A DNA stretch of 64,000 nucleotides from Spirochaetaceae bacterium (lineage in GTDB: Bacteria > Spirochaetota > Spirochaetia > DSM-2461), in contig JAOPTT010000006.1 of assembly GCA_051531975.1 (NCBI GenBank), forward strand, positions 96,656-160,655. Reading direction: 5' to 3'. The position numbers and the translations under genes were made by a program. This document shows positions 10,103-21,053 of this stretch, in pieces (position 1 is the stretch's first letter; every line of letters starts with the position of its first letter). The notes beneath the pieces are model-generated. The model did not search any database. It was not told the origin of the DNA and saw only the letters and a list, made by a program, of their open reading frames with translations.

Positions 10103-11560
10103 ATGAAGAATATAGTAATAGTTAATTTAATTGATATTTCGCCTTATTTTGAAACAAAAATTGAAGGTTTAACACAAATAGAAAGAATTTGTAATTTTAG
10201 TAATACATTACCAAATGTAGAAAATATTGTTTATTTATTATCCCAGGATGTCTTAGGGGTAAAAAATAAGATAATAAGAAAAAGCTGGACTCAGGAAGAT
10301 TTTATTAATGAAATCGAGAAAGTATCTACAGGATATGACAATATGTTTTATTTTTATGGAGATTGTCCTTTATTAGATTCTAAATTAACAAAAGCTATGT
10401 ATGATGATCATCTTAATTATTATGCTGAATATACATTTGCAGATGGTTATCCATATGGGTTAACACCAGAAATAATTGATGTTCATATATTATCTGCACT
10501 TAAAATTCTAGTTAAGGATTCAACAAGAATCTTACAAAGAGATTCTATATTTGATATTGTTAAAAAAGATATAAACTCTTTTGAGTTAGAGACTACAATA
10601 GCTGAAAAAGATTTAAGATTATTAAGAATATCTTTAACAATAGATAATAAAAGGAATTATAATCAATTTAAGAGAATATTGGGGCTTGGTGGAAAAGATT
10701 CTAAAAGTATTTCGAGAATAATAGAAAATAACCCAGAGGTACTTTTTCAAGAACCTAGCTATGTAACTATTGAGATAACTAAAAATCAAGTTCAAACTGT
10801 GAATTATTTACCTAAAAGAAAGGAAATCAAAAAAAATATAGATATTAATGACTTAGATATTGTTTTACAAAAAATTAAAGATTATTCTGAGGATTGTACT
10901 ATATCATTTGTTCCTGAATATGAACCTACTAGTCATCCAGACATAATTGAAATAATAAAAAAAATAACAACAGATTACAATTTTGATCTTTATATTGAAA
11001 CTTCAGGGCTAAATTGGACAACTGAACTTAAAAATGAAGTAAAAAGTAATAAGCGAGTTTTTATAATAATTACAATTGATACTATAGATCCTGATCTTTA
11101 TAAATTATTAAGAGGTGATGGATTCGCTGAGGTTATTGCATTCTCAAAAGAGATAGTTTCAATAATAAAGGATCGGGTTTGGATTCAAGCAACACGTATG
11201 AAAACAAATGAAGTAGTTATGGAAGCTTTTTATAGATTTTGGCAAGAATATACGGAACAAATTATAATACAAAAATATTCTAATTATAATGAATCGTTAG
11301 AGGATCTTAAAGTTGCAGATTTATCTCCATTAAAAAGGTTTCCTTGTTGGCATTTAAAAAAGGATATGCATGTTAATACAGAGGCAGATGTACTATTATG
11401 TTTTAATGATATAAATCAAGAATATATATTGGGTTCATTAAAAAATGAAGAAATAGAGGTTATTATGGAAAGAAAAAAAGAGTATTATAATGACCATATA
11501 AAATGTGAATACTCTGATTTTTGTAGGAAATGCGATGAATACTATACATTCAACTTTTAA
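10103..11560 (+). CDS. Spiro-SPASM protein (cytidylyltransferase-like N-terminus, degenerate radical-SAM core, SPASM C-terminus)
   Basis: YGDCPLLD, AEYTFADGYPYGLTPE; C-terminal PCWHL...LLCFND...CRKCDEYY; no CxxxCxxC. Confidence 0.8.
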   Translation: MKNIVIVNLIDISPYFETKIEGLTQIERICNFSNTLPNVENIVYLLSQDVLGVKNKIIRKSWTQEDFINEIEKVSTGYDNMFYFYGDCPLLDSKLTKAMYDDHLNYYAEYTFADGYPYGLTPEIIDVHILSALKILVKDSTRILQRDSIFDIVKKDINSFELETTIAEKDLRLLRISLTIDNKRNYNQFKRILGLGGKDSKSISRIIENNPEVLFQEPSYVTIEITKNQVQTVNYLPKRKEIKKNIDINDLDIVLQKIKDYSEDCTISFVPEYEPTSHPDIIEIIKKITTDYNFDLYIETSGLNWTTELKNEVKSNKRVFIIITIDTIDPDLYKLLRGDGFAEVIAFSKEIVSIIKDRVWIQATRMKTNEVVMEAFYRFWQEYTEQIIIQKYSNYNESLEDLKVADLSPLKRFPCWHLKKDMHVNTEADVLLCFNDINQEYILGSLKNEEIEVIMERKKEYYNDHIKCEYSDFCRKCDEYYTFNF

Positions 11561-12500
11561 TAGCGTAAATACTAGTTACACCGTAATTGGTTCAAATATA
11601 CAAAATAACTCTAAATCGAAAGAATCTTCATTTTCTGTAATAATTTTGAATAATGGTGGAAGACCATATCGTGGCGAGTTATATAAAGAACTTTTAAACT
11701 TAGATATATCTGAAATAGTTTCAATAGAGCAAGCCTCAAAGAGTCATTTTGATTTAGAAAAGGAAACTATTAAGAATGAAAAACTAAGATTCCTTATACT
11801 TCAAAATGAAGTATCCATTGGTGAGATGATTAATATTGGAATCTCAGAATGTTCTAGTGATAATGTATTTGTAATTTGGGATGATATGAATATTAATACC
11901 AAAACAATTTCATATAGAGTATTTGAAAAAATAATGGAAGAAAAAACTATATGTACAGTTCCACTGTTTTCTAATTCAAAAGATGATATTATTCCAACAT
12001 TAATGACTCCTCTTTTCCATAAAGAGTTGCTAAAAGTTGTTCCGTTAGAAAATAATAAGCAGCTAAAAACTCTATTCCCATTTATGTTTGTTGGAATATA
12101 TAATAAAGATAAATTTATACAACTTGGTGGATATGATATTGATATCAAGAATTCATATTGGCAAAAATTAGATTTTGGATTAAGAGCTAATCTATGGGGT
12201 GAAAAAATCAAAGCTCATAAAGCTTTTACAGTTAAATTACGTTCAGATAATACAGAAATTGAGGATATAACTCCAGATCAAGATTATCGTCTGTATTCAT
12301 TAAAAAACATCTCAGTAAAATTAAAAAATGATGTTGGTTATCTACCTTTAATTAGATTTTTTTCGTATTTTGAGAAGTCAGGAGGTTCTATTATAGAGGC
12401 TTTTAGAACTTTTATTATAGTTAGGAAATGGGTTTATATTAATAGATATAGGTTTAAATTTACAGCACCATCTTTAACTTCTAATTGGGATGATTTATGA
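11535..12500 (+). CDS. Glycosyltransferase family 2-like protein
   Basis: GEMINIGI...VIWDD, FIQLGGYD...DFGLRA; ATG 11535 after AGGA. Confidence 0.6.
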   Translation: MNTIHSTFNSVNTSYTVIGSNIQNNSKSKESSFSVIILNNGGRPYRGELYKELLNLDISEIVSIEQASKSHFDLEKETIKNEKLRFLILQNEVSIGEMINIGISECSSDNVFVIWDDMNINTKTISYRVFEKIMEEKTICTVPLFSNSKDDIIPTLMTPLFHKELLKVVPLENNKQLKTLFPFMFVGIYNKDKFIQLGGYDIDIKNSYWQKLDFGLRANLWGEKIKAHKAFTVKLRSDNTEIEDITPDQDYRLYSLKNISVKLKNDVGYLPLIRFFSYFEKSGGSIIEAFRTFIIVRKWVYINRYRFKFTAPSLTSNWDDL

Positions 12501-13165
12501 CAGGTGTTTTATTACAAGTGCGATTAGATTCATCTAGATTACCAAATAAAGCACTTTTTGAAATTTTTGATTTATCCGTTATTGAACACGCCATGAAGGC
12601 GCTAAAAAAAGTGAATGTAGATAAGCATATATTAGTTACAACAGAAGATTCTTTACATGATTTAGCACCTTTAGCTAAAAAGTTTGATTTTGAAATATTT
12701 TGTGGTTCAAAAAATAATGTTCTTGAGCGGTATGTTGATGCGATAAAAAAATACAATTTAAAGCAAATTATTAGAGCAACTGGTGATAACCCTTTAGTTA
12801 GTTATGAACTTGCAAATATATTAATTGATTTGCATAACACTAATAATCATGACTATTCTGGTTATCTAAATAATCCTGTAGGTACAGGAGTTGAAGTTGT
12901 AGAAAGTAGAGTATTAATACAAGCGTTAAATGAAAGTACAAAACAGTATGATTTGGAACATGTTACTCCATATATATATAATAACAAGGATAAATTCTCT
13001 GTTTTTCAAGGAGATGCACCTTTAAAATATCTATTAAAAGATACCTTTGTTACAATTGATACACAAGATGATTATAATAGGATTGTAAAGTTATTTCATG
13101 AATTGTATCATAATGAAATTATTTCATTAGAGAGTGTTATTCAGTGGTTAAAAAAAGAACAATAG
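12497..13165 (+). CDS. SpsF-like cytidylyltransferase
   Basis: QVRLDSSRLPNKAL, GSKNNVLERY, IIRATGDNPL, EHVTPYIY, TIDTQDD. Confidence 0.85.
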   Translation: MTGVLLQVRLDSSRLPNKALFEIFDLSVIEHAMKALKKVNVDKHILVTTEDSLHDLAPLAKKFDFEIFCGSKNNVLERYVDAIKKYNLKQIIRATGDNPLVSYELANILIDLHNTNNHDYSGYLNNPVGTGVEVVESRVLIQALNESTKQYDLEHVTPYIYNNKDKFSVFQGDAPLKYLLKDTFVTIDTQDDYNRIVKLFHELYHNEIISLESVIQWLKKEQ

Positions 13166-14820
13166 TAATATATCCACATTTGGGAACTAAAGCTGGGACA
13201 GGTCATTTAAAACGTCTAATTCCTTTCTTTTCAGATGTCAGGTTTAATGTATATTTAATACATAGAGATCCAGACTTTGCTAAAGAAATTGTAGCTAACT
13301 TTGATATTGACCTAGATATAGTATATGCATTAAGTGATATAAAAAAGATAAAAGAAACAATAGATCTTATTTTATTAGATAATAGGGCCAGTGATAGATA
13401 CCTTTTTGATAAACTTAAAAATATAGCACCAATTGTAGCCCTTGATGAAGGTGGAGATGCAAGAGATTATGTTCCGTATTGTATTGATACGCTACCCAAT
13501 TTATTAAAAACAGAAGCAAATTATTTTAATCCTGGACTTTTAGACTTACCAGAAAACAAATATGAAGGTACATCTCTAAAAAAAGTACTTATTACATTTG
13601 GTGGACAAGATCCTTTTAAACTTACCGAACAAGCTGTTGATAATCTAGAAAAACGTTACGAAATTACAACAGTTATTGGTCCTCTTTTTGTTAAAAAAGA
13701 TTATGGGGTTTCAAAAATTGTAAATCCTGAAAACTTAAAAGAAATGTTATTTGATTTTGATTTAATAATAACTTCATTTGGAATAACAGCATTTGAAGCT
13801 GTATCTGCAGGTGTTCCTGTTGTTTTATATAATCCTACTGATTATCATAGGGAACTAGCTAATAAGGCGGGGTTCTATTCTATTGATTCCAAGTTTAATA
13901 TTAATTATAAAAAAGCAAAAAAATCTATAAAAACAATAAAAACAGGAAAACAAGAGAGCCTAACAGATTTTATATATAATTTAGAAGCATCATTTTTTGG
14001 ATGTCCAATTTGTGGTAGAAAAAGTAATCCATCTATTAAAAGACTTTTCAAAAAAAGTTATTTTAGATGTAATCATTGTTTATTAGATTATATGGTATCT
14101 CATAATAAAAAAATCGAATATTCAGAAAATTATTTTTTTGATGATTATCAAAAACAATATGGTAAAACATATTTAGAAGATTTTGATAATATTAAGAATT
14201 TAGGGTTAACTAGATTAAAATGGATAAAAAAGAAATTAAAAAAAGGTGATTCAATTCTAGATATCGGATGTGCCTATGGGCCATTTCTCAAAGCATCTGA
14301 AATTGCAGGTTTAAGTCCTTTTGGAATCGATGTATCACTTGATGCCATTAAATATATAACTAATAACTTAAGTTTACCTGCAATTAATAGTGCTTTCCCT
14401 TTGGATGAATCTTTGGATTTCCCAACACCTTTTAATAGTATTACAATGTGGTTTGTTATAGAACATTTTAAAAACTTAGATGATGTATTTATCCAGGTTA
14501 ATAATTTACTTAAAAAGGGTGGGGTATTCGCATTTTCAACTCCTAATGGTGCTGGTATTTCTGCCAAAAAAAATTATATTAAATTTTTATCAAATAGCCC
14601 TGATGACCACTATTCAATATTGAGTCCAAACAACATAAAAAAAATATTAAAAGGGTATGGTTTTAAAGTATATAAAATTAATATAACTGGGCACCATCCT
14701 GAGCGATTTGGAAAGTTGGTTAAAGCTAAAATTATCTATAAAATTATAATGTTAATTAGTAAAGTATTTAAGTTAGGAGATACTTTTGAAGTCTATTGTG
14801 TAAAGGAAAATAAACTGTGA
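13144..14820 (+). CDS. SpsG/PseG-like glycosyltransferase/hydrolase fused to Zn-ribbon class I SAM methyltransferase
   Basis: GTGHLKR, LITFGGQDP, SFGITAFEA..GVP; CPICG...CNHC; ILDIGCAYG, VIEHF, FSTPN. Confidence 0.75.
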   Translation: MVKKRTIVIYPHLGTKAGTGHLKRLIPFFSDVRFNVYLIHRDPDFAKEIVANFDIDLDIVYALSDIKKIKETIDLILLDNRASDRYLFDKLKNIAPIVALDEGGDARDYVPYCIDTLPNLLKTEANYFNPGLLDLPENKYEGTSLKKVLITFGGQDPFKLTEQAVDNLEKRYEITTVIGPLFVKKDYGVSKIVNPENLKEMLFDFDLIITSFGITAFEAVSAGVPVVLYNPTDYHRELANKAGFYSIDSKFNINYKKAKKSIKTIKTGKQESLTDFIYNLEASFFGCPICGRKSNPSIKRLFKKSYFRCNHCLLDYMVSHNKKIEYSENYFFDDYQKQYGKTYLEDFDNIKNLGLTRLKWIKKKLKKGDSILDIGCAYGPFLKASEIAGLSPFGIDVSLDAIKYITNNLSLPAINSAFPLDESLDFPTPFNSITMWFVIEHFKNLDDVFIQVNNLLKKGGVFAFSTPNGAGISAKKNYIKFLSNSPDDHYSILSPNNIKKILKGYGFKVYKINITGHHPERFGKLVKAKIIYKIIMLISKVFKLGDTFEVYCVKENKL

Positions 14821-16322
14821 ATATATTTATATTAGGTGCTGGAGTTATGCAAATTCCAGTTATAAACAAAGCAAAAAAAATGGGGCATTTTGTTTTATGT
14901 GCAGATGGTAATTCTGAAGCTATAGGAAAGAGTTTACCAGATATTTTTTATCCAATTGATTTAAAAGATAAGGTTGGATTATTAAATATTGCTGAAAAGT
15001 TTCATAAAAAACATACTCTCCATGGAGTTTTTACTGCAGGAACTGATTTTTCTTCATCTGTAGCATGGATAACTAATAAATTAAATCTTCCTGGTATAAC
15101 ATATGAAGCTGCAATGAATGCAACAGATAAAATTAGAATGAGAGCTAAATTCAATGAGTACAATGTTCCATCTCCAAAGTATGTCGAATATTCAGCAGAT
15201 ATGAACATAAATAATATTATGGGGGAGATGCAATTTCCTGTTGTAATTAAACCTGTTGATAGCATGGGTGGTCGAGGTGTTTGCAAGGTTAGTAATATTG
15301 AAGAATTAGTAAAAGCATCAGATTTGGCTATTTCACATTCTAAGACCTCTAGAGCTATAGTTGAAGAGTATATAGATGGACCTGAATTTAGTTTAGATGC
15401 CTTAGTTATAGATGGCAAAGTTGAAGTTTTTGGTTTTGCTGATAGAGAGATAATGTTCCCTCCATCCTTTGTAGAAATGGGACATACAATACCTACAAAC
15501 ATATCAGAGGATATGAAAAATGAAATTGTTACAGTTTTTTCACAGGGTGTTAAAGCTTTAGGTATTAATTATGGATCAGCTAAAGGTGATATGAAATATA
15601 GTGTTAATGGACCAGTTATTGGTGAAATTGCAGCAAGACTCTCTGGAGGTTATATGTCTGGTTGGACATACCCATACTCTAGTGATATTGATCTAATTAA
15701 AGGTGGAATAGAGCTCGCTTTAGGACAAGATCTTACTATACGAAAAGAAGACAGAGGATATTATTCTGCAGAGAGAGCTTTTATCTCCATACCTGGAGTT
15801 GTTAAAGAAATATTTATTAAAGAGAAAGATAAATCGATAAAAGATATATTTACTAATTGTAAGGTAGGTGATGTTGTTGTATTTCCAACAAACAACGTTG
15901 AAAAATGTGGAAATATTATATCTGTTGATAAAAAAAGAGATACTGCAATTAAAAATGCAGAAAAATTTGCTGCTGATATAATAATCAGACTAGAACCAAA
16001 TGAAATAGCGACTCAAGATTTTCTTTTTTCTGATAAAAATATTCATAGAGCATTTGATATTGATAATAAGCTTTATTCAAAACTTGATCAGAGTGTTGAA
16101 ATAGATAATGGCACTATTTACATAAACAAAGTTGATAAAATATTAAAATCTAGAAAAAAAGATTGGCATAATAGAACAATAAATAGGGTTTTAACTATTT
16201 TAAAGAATTATTATGATATCCAATTTGTAGAAGATACAAATTGTGGAAAAGAATTTTATGAATCATTAATTAATGGTTCTATACAAGGAGTTTTATACTA
16301 TCTTGATACGCTTGAAATTTAG
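14817..16322 (+). CDS. ATP-grasp domain protein
   Basis: ILGAG, DKIRMR, FPVVIKPVDSMGGRGV, VEEYIDGPEFS, GEIAARLSGG. Confidence 0.85.
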   Translation: MNIFILGAGVMQIPVINKAKKMGHFVLCADGNSEAIGKSLPDIFYPIDLKDKVGLLNIAEKFHKKHTLHGVFTAGTDFSSSVAWITNKLNLPGITYEAAMNATDKIRMRAKFNEYNVPSPKYVEYSADMNINNIMGEMQFPVVIKPVDSMGGRGVCKVSNIEELVKASDLAISHSKTSRAIVEEYIDGPEFSLDALVIDGKVEVFGFADREIMFPPSFVEMGHTIPTNISEDMKNEIVTVFSQGVKALGINYGSAKGDMKYSVNGPVIGEIAARLSGGYMSGWTYPYSSDIDLIKGGIELALGQDLTIRKEDRGYYSAERAFISIPGVVKEIFIKEKDKSIKDIFTNCKVGDVVVFPTNNVEKCGNIISVDKKRDTAIKNAEKFAADIIIRLEPNEIATQDFLFSDKNIHRAFDIDNKLYSKLDQSVEIDNGTIYINKVDKILKSRKKDWHNRTINRVLTILKNYYDIQFVEDTNCGKEFYESLINGSIQGVLYYLDTLEI

Positions 16323-17322
16323 TTTTTTAATAATACTATTATTAAACTCACTGTTTATTAGCGGAAATGTACCTCTCTTTGAACTTATTAATAAAAGTGA
16401 AAGTGAGATAAAATGGAATCCACACAGAAAAAAAGGTATAATTAATAAAAAAGATGTTTCAATATCATTTATGCTAGATTGCCCAACAATTATTTTAAAT
16501 TATAATGAAATTATATCAGGTGTTAGTTTTTTTTCTGAAAAAGATGAAATATATGTTGATGATGAATCCGCAAAACTTTTATACCGTCTTCTGAAAATAT
16601 ATGAACCCCATGAAGCAGTTGTAAATGATGAAGATCTATTTAGTATTCCTGTTATTATTATTGATCCTGGGCATGGAGGAAGAGATTCTGGAGCATTAGG
16701 TGGGCATAAGGATTTTAAAATACAAGAAAAAGATGTTGTATTAGATATTTCAAAAAAAGTAGTACAGAAACTCAAAGATAATTATTTACATAAAAAAATA
16801 TTAATGACTAGAGGGGATGATACCTACTATTCTCTAGAAGAAAGAGTCGAATTAGCAAATAAAATAGAATTAGAAAAAAAAGAAGCAGTTATATATATTT
16901 CAATTCATGCAAATGCGTCTCTTAAAAAGAAAGCCCAGGGGTTTGAAGTATGGTACCTTCCAAAAGACTATAGAAGAAATGTATTAGAGGGTGAAATTGA
17001 AGATAGTAATAAACTTAATAGTATAGTTAACGCCTTAAAAGAGGATGAGATCTCACTAGAAGGGCAACAACTGGCCGAATCAATCCTTATAGGGCTAAAT
17101 TCCATTGTAGGTGAATTAAGCTCTAATAGAGGGCTGAAAGAGGAAATCTGGTTTGTAGTGAGAAAGGCTCGAATGGCATCTGTACTAATTGAAGTTGGTT
17201 TTATTACTAACGAAATTGAAGGAAAGAGGTTAACGGAGCAGGAGTACTTGCAAAAAATTGCTGATGGTATCTATAATGGGATAACTAATTTTGTGGCTAC
17301 ATATGAAAAAAGTGGAAGGTAA
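16273..17322 (+). CDS. N-acetylmuramoyl-L-alanine amidase (Amidase_3)
   Basis: IIIDPGHGGRDSGA, EKD, SIHANA, SVLIEVGFITN; exact start uncertain. Confidence 0.9.
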   Translation: MVLYKEFYTILIRLKFSFLIILLLNSLFISGNVPLFELINKSESEIKWNPHRKKGIINKKDVSISFMLDCPTIILNYNEIISGVSFFSEKDEIYVDDESAKLLYRLLKIYEPHEAVVNDEDLFSIPVIIIDPGHGGRDSGALGGHKDFKIQEKDVVLDISKKVVQKLKDNYLHKKILMTRGDDTYYSLEERVELANKIELEKKEAVIYISIHANASLKKKAQGFEVWYLPKDYRRNVLEGEIEDSNKLNSIVNALKEDEISLEGQQLAESILIGLNSIVGELSSNRGLKEEIWFVVRKARMASVLIEVGFITNEIEGKRLTEQEYLQKIADGIYNGITNFVATYEKSGR

Positions 17323-17327
17323 TCTAA

Positions 17328-17813
17328 ATGAATAAAAAGCGAATAATAGTAACATCAATTTTAATAATATCATTTATTGTATCATTCATTATGTTTCAAT
17401 TAAATGAACAACGGTATACAAAGATCACATTTAGATATTTCTATGAATTGGAAGATAAAATAATTCTTGAAGATCGATATATTCTACTAAATGGAACATT
17501 AGAAGAAAAAGCTGAACAAATAGTAAAGGAACTTTTTTTAGGACCAATATCAGTTTTTAATAAAAAATTGGTTCCCTTCGATTTCAAATACAACTCGTTT
17601 TATACAAATAATAAAATAGCTTATCTTGATTTACCAAGTAGTTTTATTAAGAATAATAACGATATTGATATAATTATATCTTTGATAAAAGAGAACATTT
17701 TAAGCAATTTAAATAAAATAAATACTGTTATAATTACTGTTGATGGTTATTTATTAGGTGATGGTCCACTAGCAAAAGAACTGCCACAAGGCGAAATAGA
17801 TAACAAAAAATAA
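17328..17813 (+). CDS. Membrane-anchored GerMN-like protein
   Basis: N-terminal TM; VKELFLGP, AYLDL, VIITVDG. Confidence 0.55.
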   Translation: MNKKRIIVTSILIISFIVSFIMFQLNEQRYTKITFRYFYELEDKIILEDRYILLNGTLEEKAEQIVKELFLGPISVFNKKLVPFDFKYNSFYTNNKIAYLDLPSSFIKNNNDIDIIISLIKENILSNLNKINTVIITVDGYLLGDGPLAKELPQGEIDNKK

Positions 17814-17822
17814 TAATAATTG

Positions 17823-17850
17823 TTGACAAACGTTCGTTCCTTAGTATAAT
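17823..17850 (+). promoter_or_regulatory. Sigma70 promoter of flaA
   Basis: TTGACA-N16-TATAAT, followed by SD AAAGGAG before ATG 17901. Confidence 0.8.
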
Positions 17851-17900
17851 TTTCAATATAAATAAGTTTTTTTTAGAGATAAAGACAAAAGGAGTACTGC

Positions 17901-18938
17901 ATGAAAAGGTTATTAGCTCTACTAGGGTTCACCTTATTATTATTATCAAATTCTGTTTTTGCGGAAACAGCTACAATTATCGATTTTGCTGATTTAACTG
18001 AGGACGAAAATGGACTCAATACAGCAACAACAATTGATTATAGCAGTGTTGCAGGAACAACGTATGATGTTGAAGACAAGGATTTAATGAAGGAATCACT
18101 TTTCGTTGATAGTTGGAACGTTATTCTTAATTCTTCGGCACAGACTGTTGATAATGACAGATTATCGTTTACACAATCTGTATTTGTTAAAGAAACAGCA
18201 AAAAGATTTGCTGGCGAACAAGTTTTAGGTGTAAGAGTTCACTTCCCTAACAGTTTTGGTGCAAATGCAAAGGTTGTTCCTCCATTTGATATTCCAGCTT
18301 ATATGCCTTCTGATGAAGAAATAGAGCAAGGAATTAAGAGTGGTAGTAAATTTAACAGTTATGGTGTTCTTAAGAATGTTGGTGCTATCAAAAAAATATC
18401 TATAAATGTTTTTGGAAGAAAGTATCCTCATCATTTAAGTTTACTATTTTCTGATTCAGATGGTAATGAAAAATTAGTTCCTGTTGGTTACATGACCTTT
18501 GACGGTTGGAGAACTTTAACATGGAATAATCCAAACTATATAACTGAAGTTAAGTACAGAGAATTAAACGCTGCACCTATCTATCCAGTTACTTCAAATA
18601 GTTTAATCTTTAAGGGTTTATTAATTAAGAAATCTGCAAATGACAAGGGTGGAGACTTTATATCTTACTTTAAAGATATTGATGTAACATTTGATAAAGC
18701 AATTAGAGATGATGTTGAATCTGATATCGATGACGAACAAGTTTGGGGTATTCTTGCAAATAGAGAAGAAGCAAGAAGAAATAACGAACTTAGAACTCTT
18801 GGTAATGATCAAATACTTCAGTATCTTGAGACTAAGAAAATGGATCAGGCTGGTAATGCAGTGGATAAACGTGAGTCTATTCCTCTTACTGAGTCAAGTA
18901 CTACTTCTGATGATCAAGAACCAGCAGCAGCTGAGTAG
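17901..18938 (+). CDS. flaA: Flagellar filament outer layer (sheath) protein FlaA
   Basis: Signal peptide; IDF..L, WNVILNSSA, VLGVRVHFP, PPFDIPAY, GVLKNVGAIK, FDGWRTLTWNNPNYI. Confidence 0.9.
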   Translation: MKRLLALLGFTLLLLSNSVFAETATIIDFADLTEDENGLNTATTIDYSSVAGTTYDVEDKDLMKESLFVDSWNVILNSSAQTVDNDRLSFTQSVFVKETAKRFAGEQVLGVRVHFPNSFGANAKVVPPFDIPAYMPSDEEIEQGIKSGSKFNSYGVLKNVGAIKKISINVFGRKYPHHLSLLFSDSDGNEKLVPVGYMTFDGWRTLTWNNPNYITEVKYRELNAAPIYPVTSNSLIFKGLLIKKSANDKGGDFISYFKDIDVTFDKAIRDDVESDIDDEQVWGILANREEARRNNELRTLGNDQILQYLETKKMDQAGNAVDKRESIPLTESSTTSDDQEPAAAE

Positions 18939-18959
18939 TCTTAATTATATAGAATACAT

Positions 18960-18986
18960 AAACCTCTCTTTTGAGAGGTTTTTTTA
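18960..18986. terminator. Intrinsic terminator after flaA (probably bidirectional)
   Basis: AAACCTCTC-TTTT-GAGAGGTTT followed by T-run. Confidence 0.8.
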
Positions 18987-18998
18987 TTTATAAAATAA

Positions 18999-19589
18999 TT
19001 ATTTTATTATATTTGAGATTATGAATGTTAGTTGGTTTGAAAGGTTTGATTTTAATGTTTGTATATCTTTTGGGTTTTTAAGAATTATATAAAAATGCAG
19101 AGCTGAATTAAAAGTAGAGGTTAGAATATCTGCAAGTATTTCTGTTTCCTTTGTTGTTAGATGGGTTAATTCTTCAGATTTTTGTATCTCAGTTAAAAGA
19201 ATATTATAAGCTGGATGTATAAAATGATCAGTATTATCTTTATTAAAATATGTAAAATCTACTTTTGTGGATAAAAAAGGGTAATAAATATTAGTATTCT
19301 TAGCATTAAATTCTACCATGTGTTCAATAAAACTTAGGCATCTTTCTAAGATATTTTCTCCTGTTAATCTGTCAGATAAGTATTGTGTACACTCTTCTGC
19401 TAACTTTATCATGCATATGCAAATTAGCTCATTATAATTTTCAAAGTAATTATAAATTGTCGCATATGAATAACCGGCTTTATCACCAATCTTTTTGGTT
19501 GTTAGTTTTTCTAACCCATCTTCCTTTATGATATCTATTGCAGCTTCAATGAAGTAATTTTTAACTCTAGCTCGTTGAATACTTTTCAT
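18999..19589 (-). CDS. TetR/AcrR family transcriptional regulator
   Basis: [32 protein letters not shown]; divergent from MFS gene. Confidence 0.9.
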   Translation of the reverse strand: MKSIQRARVKNYFIEAAIDIIKEDGLEKLTTKKIGDKAGYSYATIYNYFENYNELICICMIKLAEECTQYLSDRLTGENILERCLSFIEHMVEFNAKNTNIYYPFLSTKVDFTYFNKDNTDHFIHPAYNILLTEIQKSEELTHLTTKETEILADILTSTFNSALHFYIILKNPKDIQTLKSNLSNQLTFIISNIIK

Positions 19590-19697
19590 AACTTATATTA
19601 TGCATATAAAATCATAAAAAACAACTTGACTCATATTCAAAAAGAGTGGAATATTAATGTGGTTAATATTTTTAATGGCATTAATCGGGAGTTTATA

Positions 19698-21053
19698 ATG
19701 AAAGAAAAATTACCTATGAATAAAATATTAGTTTATTCTGTTGGACAGTTAGGATGGTCAATCCTTGTTAATATCGTTAGTTTACAACTAGTTTACTTTT
19801 ATATTCCACCAGAAGGTTCAGGAATAGAGCTACGAATAACCCAAGCGGTATTCTTAGTAGTATTAAACACTTTAACCCTACTAGCAGCCAGTGGCCGTTT
19901 ATTCGATGCTATAACAGATCCATTAATTGCTAATTTAAGTGATAGATGGAAAGGTAAAAGGGGTAGACGTATTCCTTTTCTCTTAGCAGGTGCAGCACCA
20001 GCAGCAATATTTTGTACTCTGATGTTTATTCCGATTGTTGATGGAGTTAGTCCATGGAATATAGTTTGGCTCTTTACTATGCAAATCTTTTTCTATCTAT
20101 TTTTGACTGTTTATGTAACTCCTTATTTTGCATTATTACCAGAATTAGGACATACATCAGATGAAAAACTTAACTTATCTACATGGATATCAATAACTTA
20201 TGCTTTAGGTATTGTTGTTGCTTCTATGGTTCCAAATATAGCTAGTATGTTAAATGTTGCAGATAAAGTAAAATCAATTCAGATTGCTATAGGAATTGTT
20301 TCGACTTTTGCTATGTTATGTATGTTGATACCAGCCTTTTTTATAGATGAAAAAAAATATGCACATAGTGAACCATCAAATATACCACTTTTAAAAGCGT
20401 TAAAACGTACGTTTAAAAATATAAATTTTAAATATTATGTTGTTGCAGACTTTTCATACTTTATGGGAATGACAATTATTATGACAGGTTTATTATATTA
20501 TATAACTGTATTATTAGGTCTTTCTGAAGGTATTATGGGTATATTATTGCCATTAATGGTTTTTGTTTCTTTTATTTTTTATCCATTTGTAAATTTATTT
20601 GCAAAAAAATATGGTAAAAAACATCTAATTATAGGATCATTTTTCATGATGGGTGGAATATTCTTTTTTATATTCTTTTTAGGAAAATTTCCTATTTCTA
20701 AAACATTACAGGCATTTTTAGTAGTAATATTGTATTCGATACCATTATCGTTTTTAGGTGTTTTACCTAATGCGGTATTAGCAGATATTGCTGAACATGA
20801 TGCATTAAAAAGTGGTATAAAACAGGAAGGTATGTTTTTTGCAGCAAGAACTCTAATGCAAAAATTTGGTCAAACTTTTGGTGTTTTATCTTTTGCCGCT
20901 CTAACTTCTTTTGGTAAAGATCCTGGAGATGATTTTGGAATAAGAGTAAGTGGTTTATTAGGGTTTGGATTATGTCTGTTTGCAGGAGCATTTTTTCTTA
21001 AATATAATGAGAAAAAGTTATTAAAAGAGACAAGAGAGTTACAGGAGAACTAG
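19698..21053 (+). CDS. MFS transporter, GPH (MelB-like) sugar:cation symporter family
   Basis: [15 protein letters not shown]...[23 protein letters not shown]...EGMFFA; SD GGGAG before ATG 19698. Confidence 0.85.
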   Translation: MKEKLPMNKILVYSVGQLGWSILVNIVSLQLVYFYIPPEGSGIELRITQAVFLVVLNTLTLLAASGRLFDAITDPLIANLSDRWKGKRGRRIPFLLAGAAPAAIFCTLMFIPIVDGVSPWNIVWLFTMQIFFYLFLTVYVTPYFALLPELGHTSDEKLNLSTWISITYALGIVVASMVPNIASMLNVADKVKSIQIAIGIVSTFAMLCMLIPAFFIDEKKYAHSEPSNIPLLKALKRTFKNINFKYYVVADFSYFMGMTIIMTGLLYYITVLLGLSEGIMGILLPLMVFVSFIFYPFVNLFAKKYGKKHLIIGSFFMMGGIFFFIFFLGKFPISKTLQAFLVVILYSIPLSFLGVLPNAVLADIAEHDALKSGIKQEGMFFAARTLMQKFGQTFGVLSFAALTSFGKDPGDDFGIRVSGLLGFGLCLFAGAFFLKYNEKKLLKETRELQEN

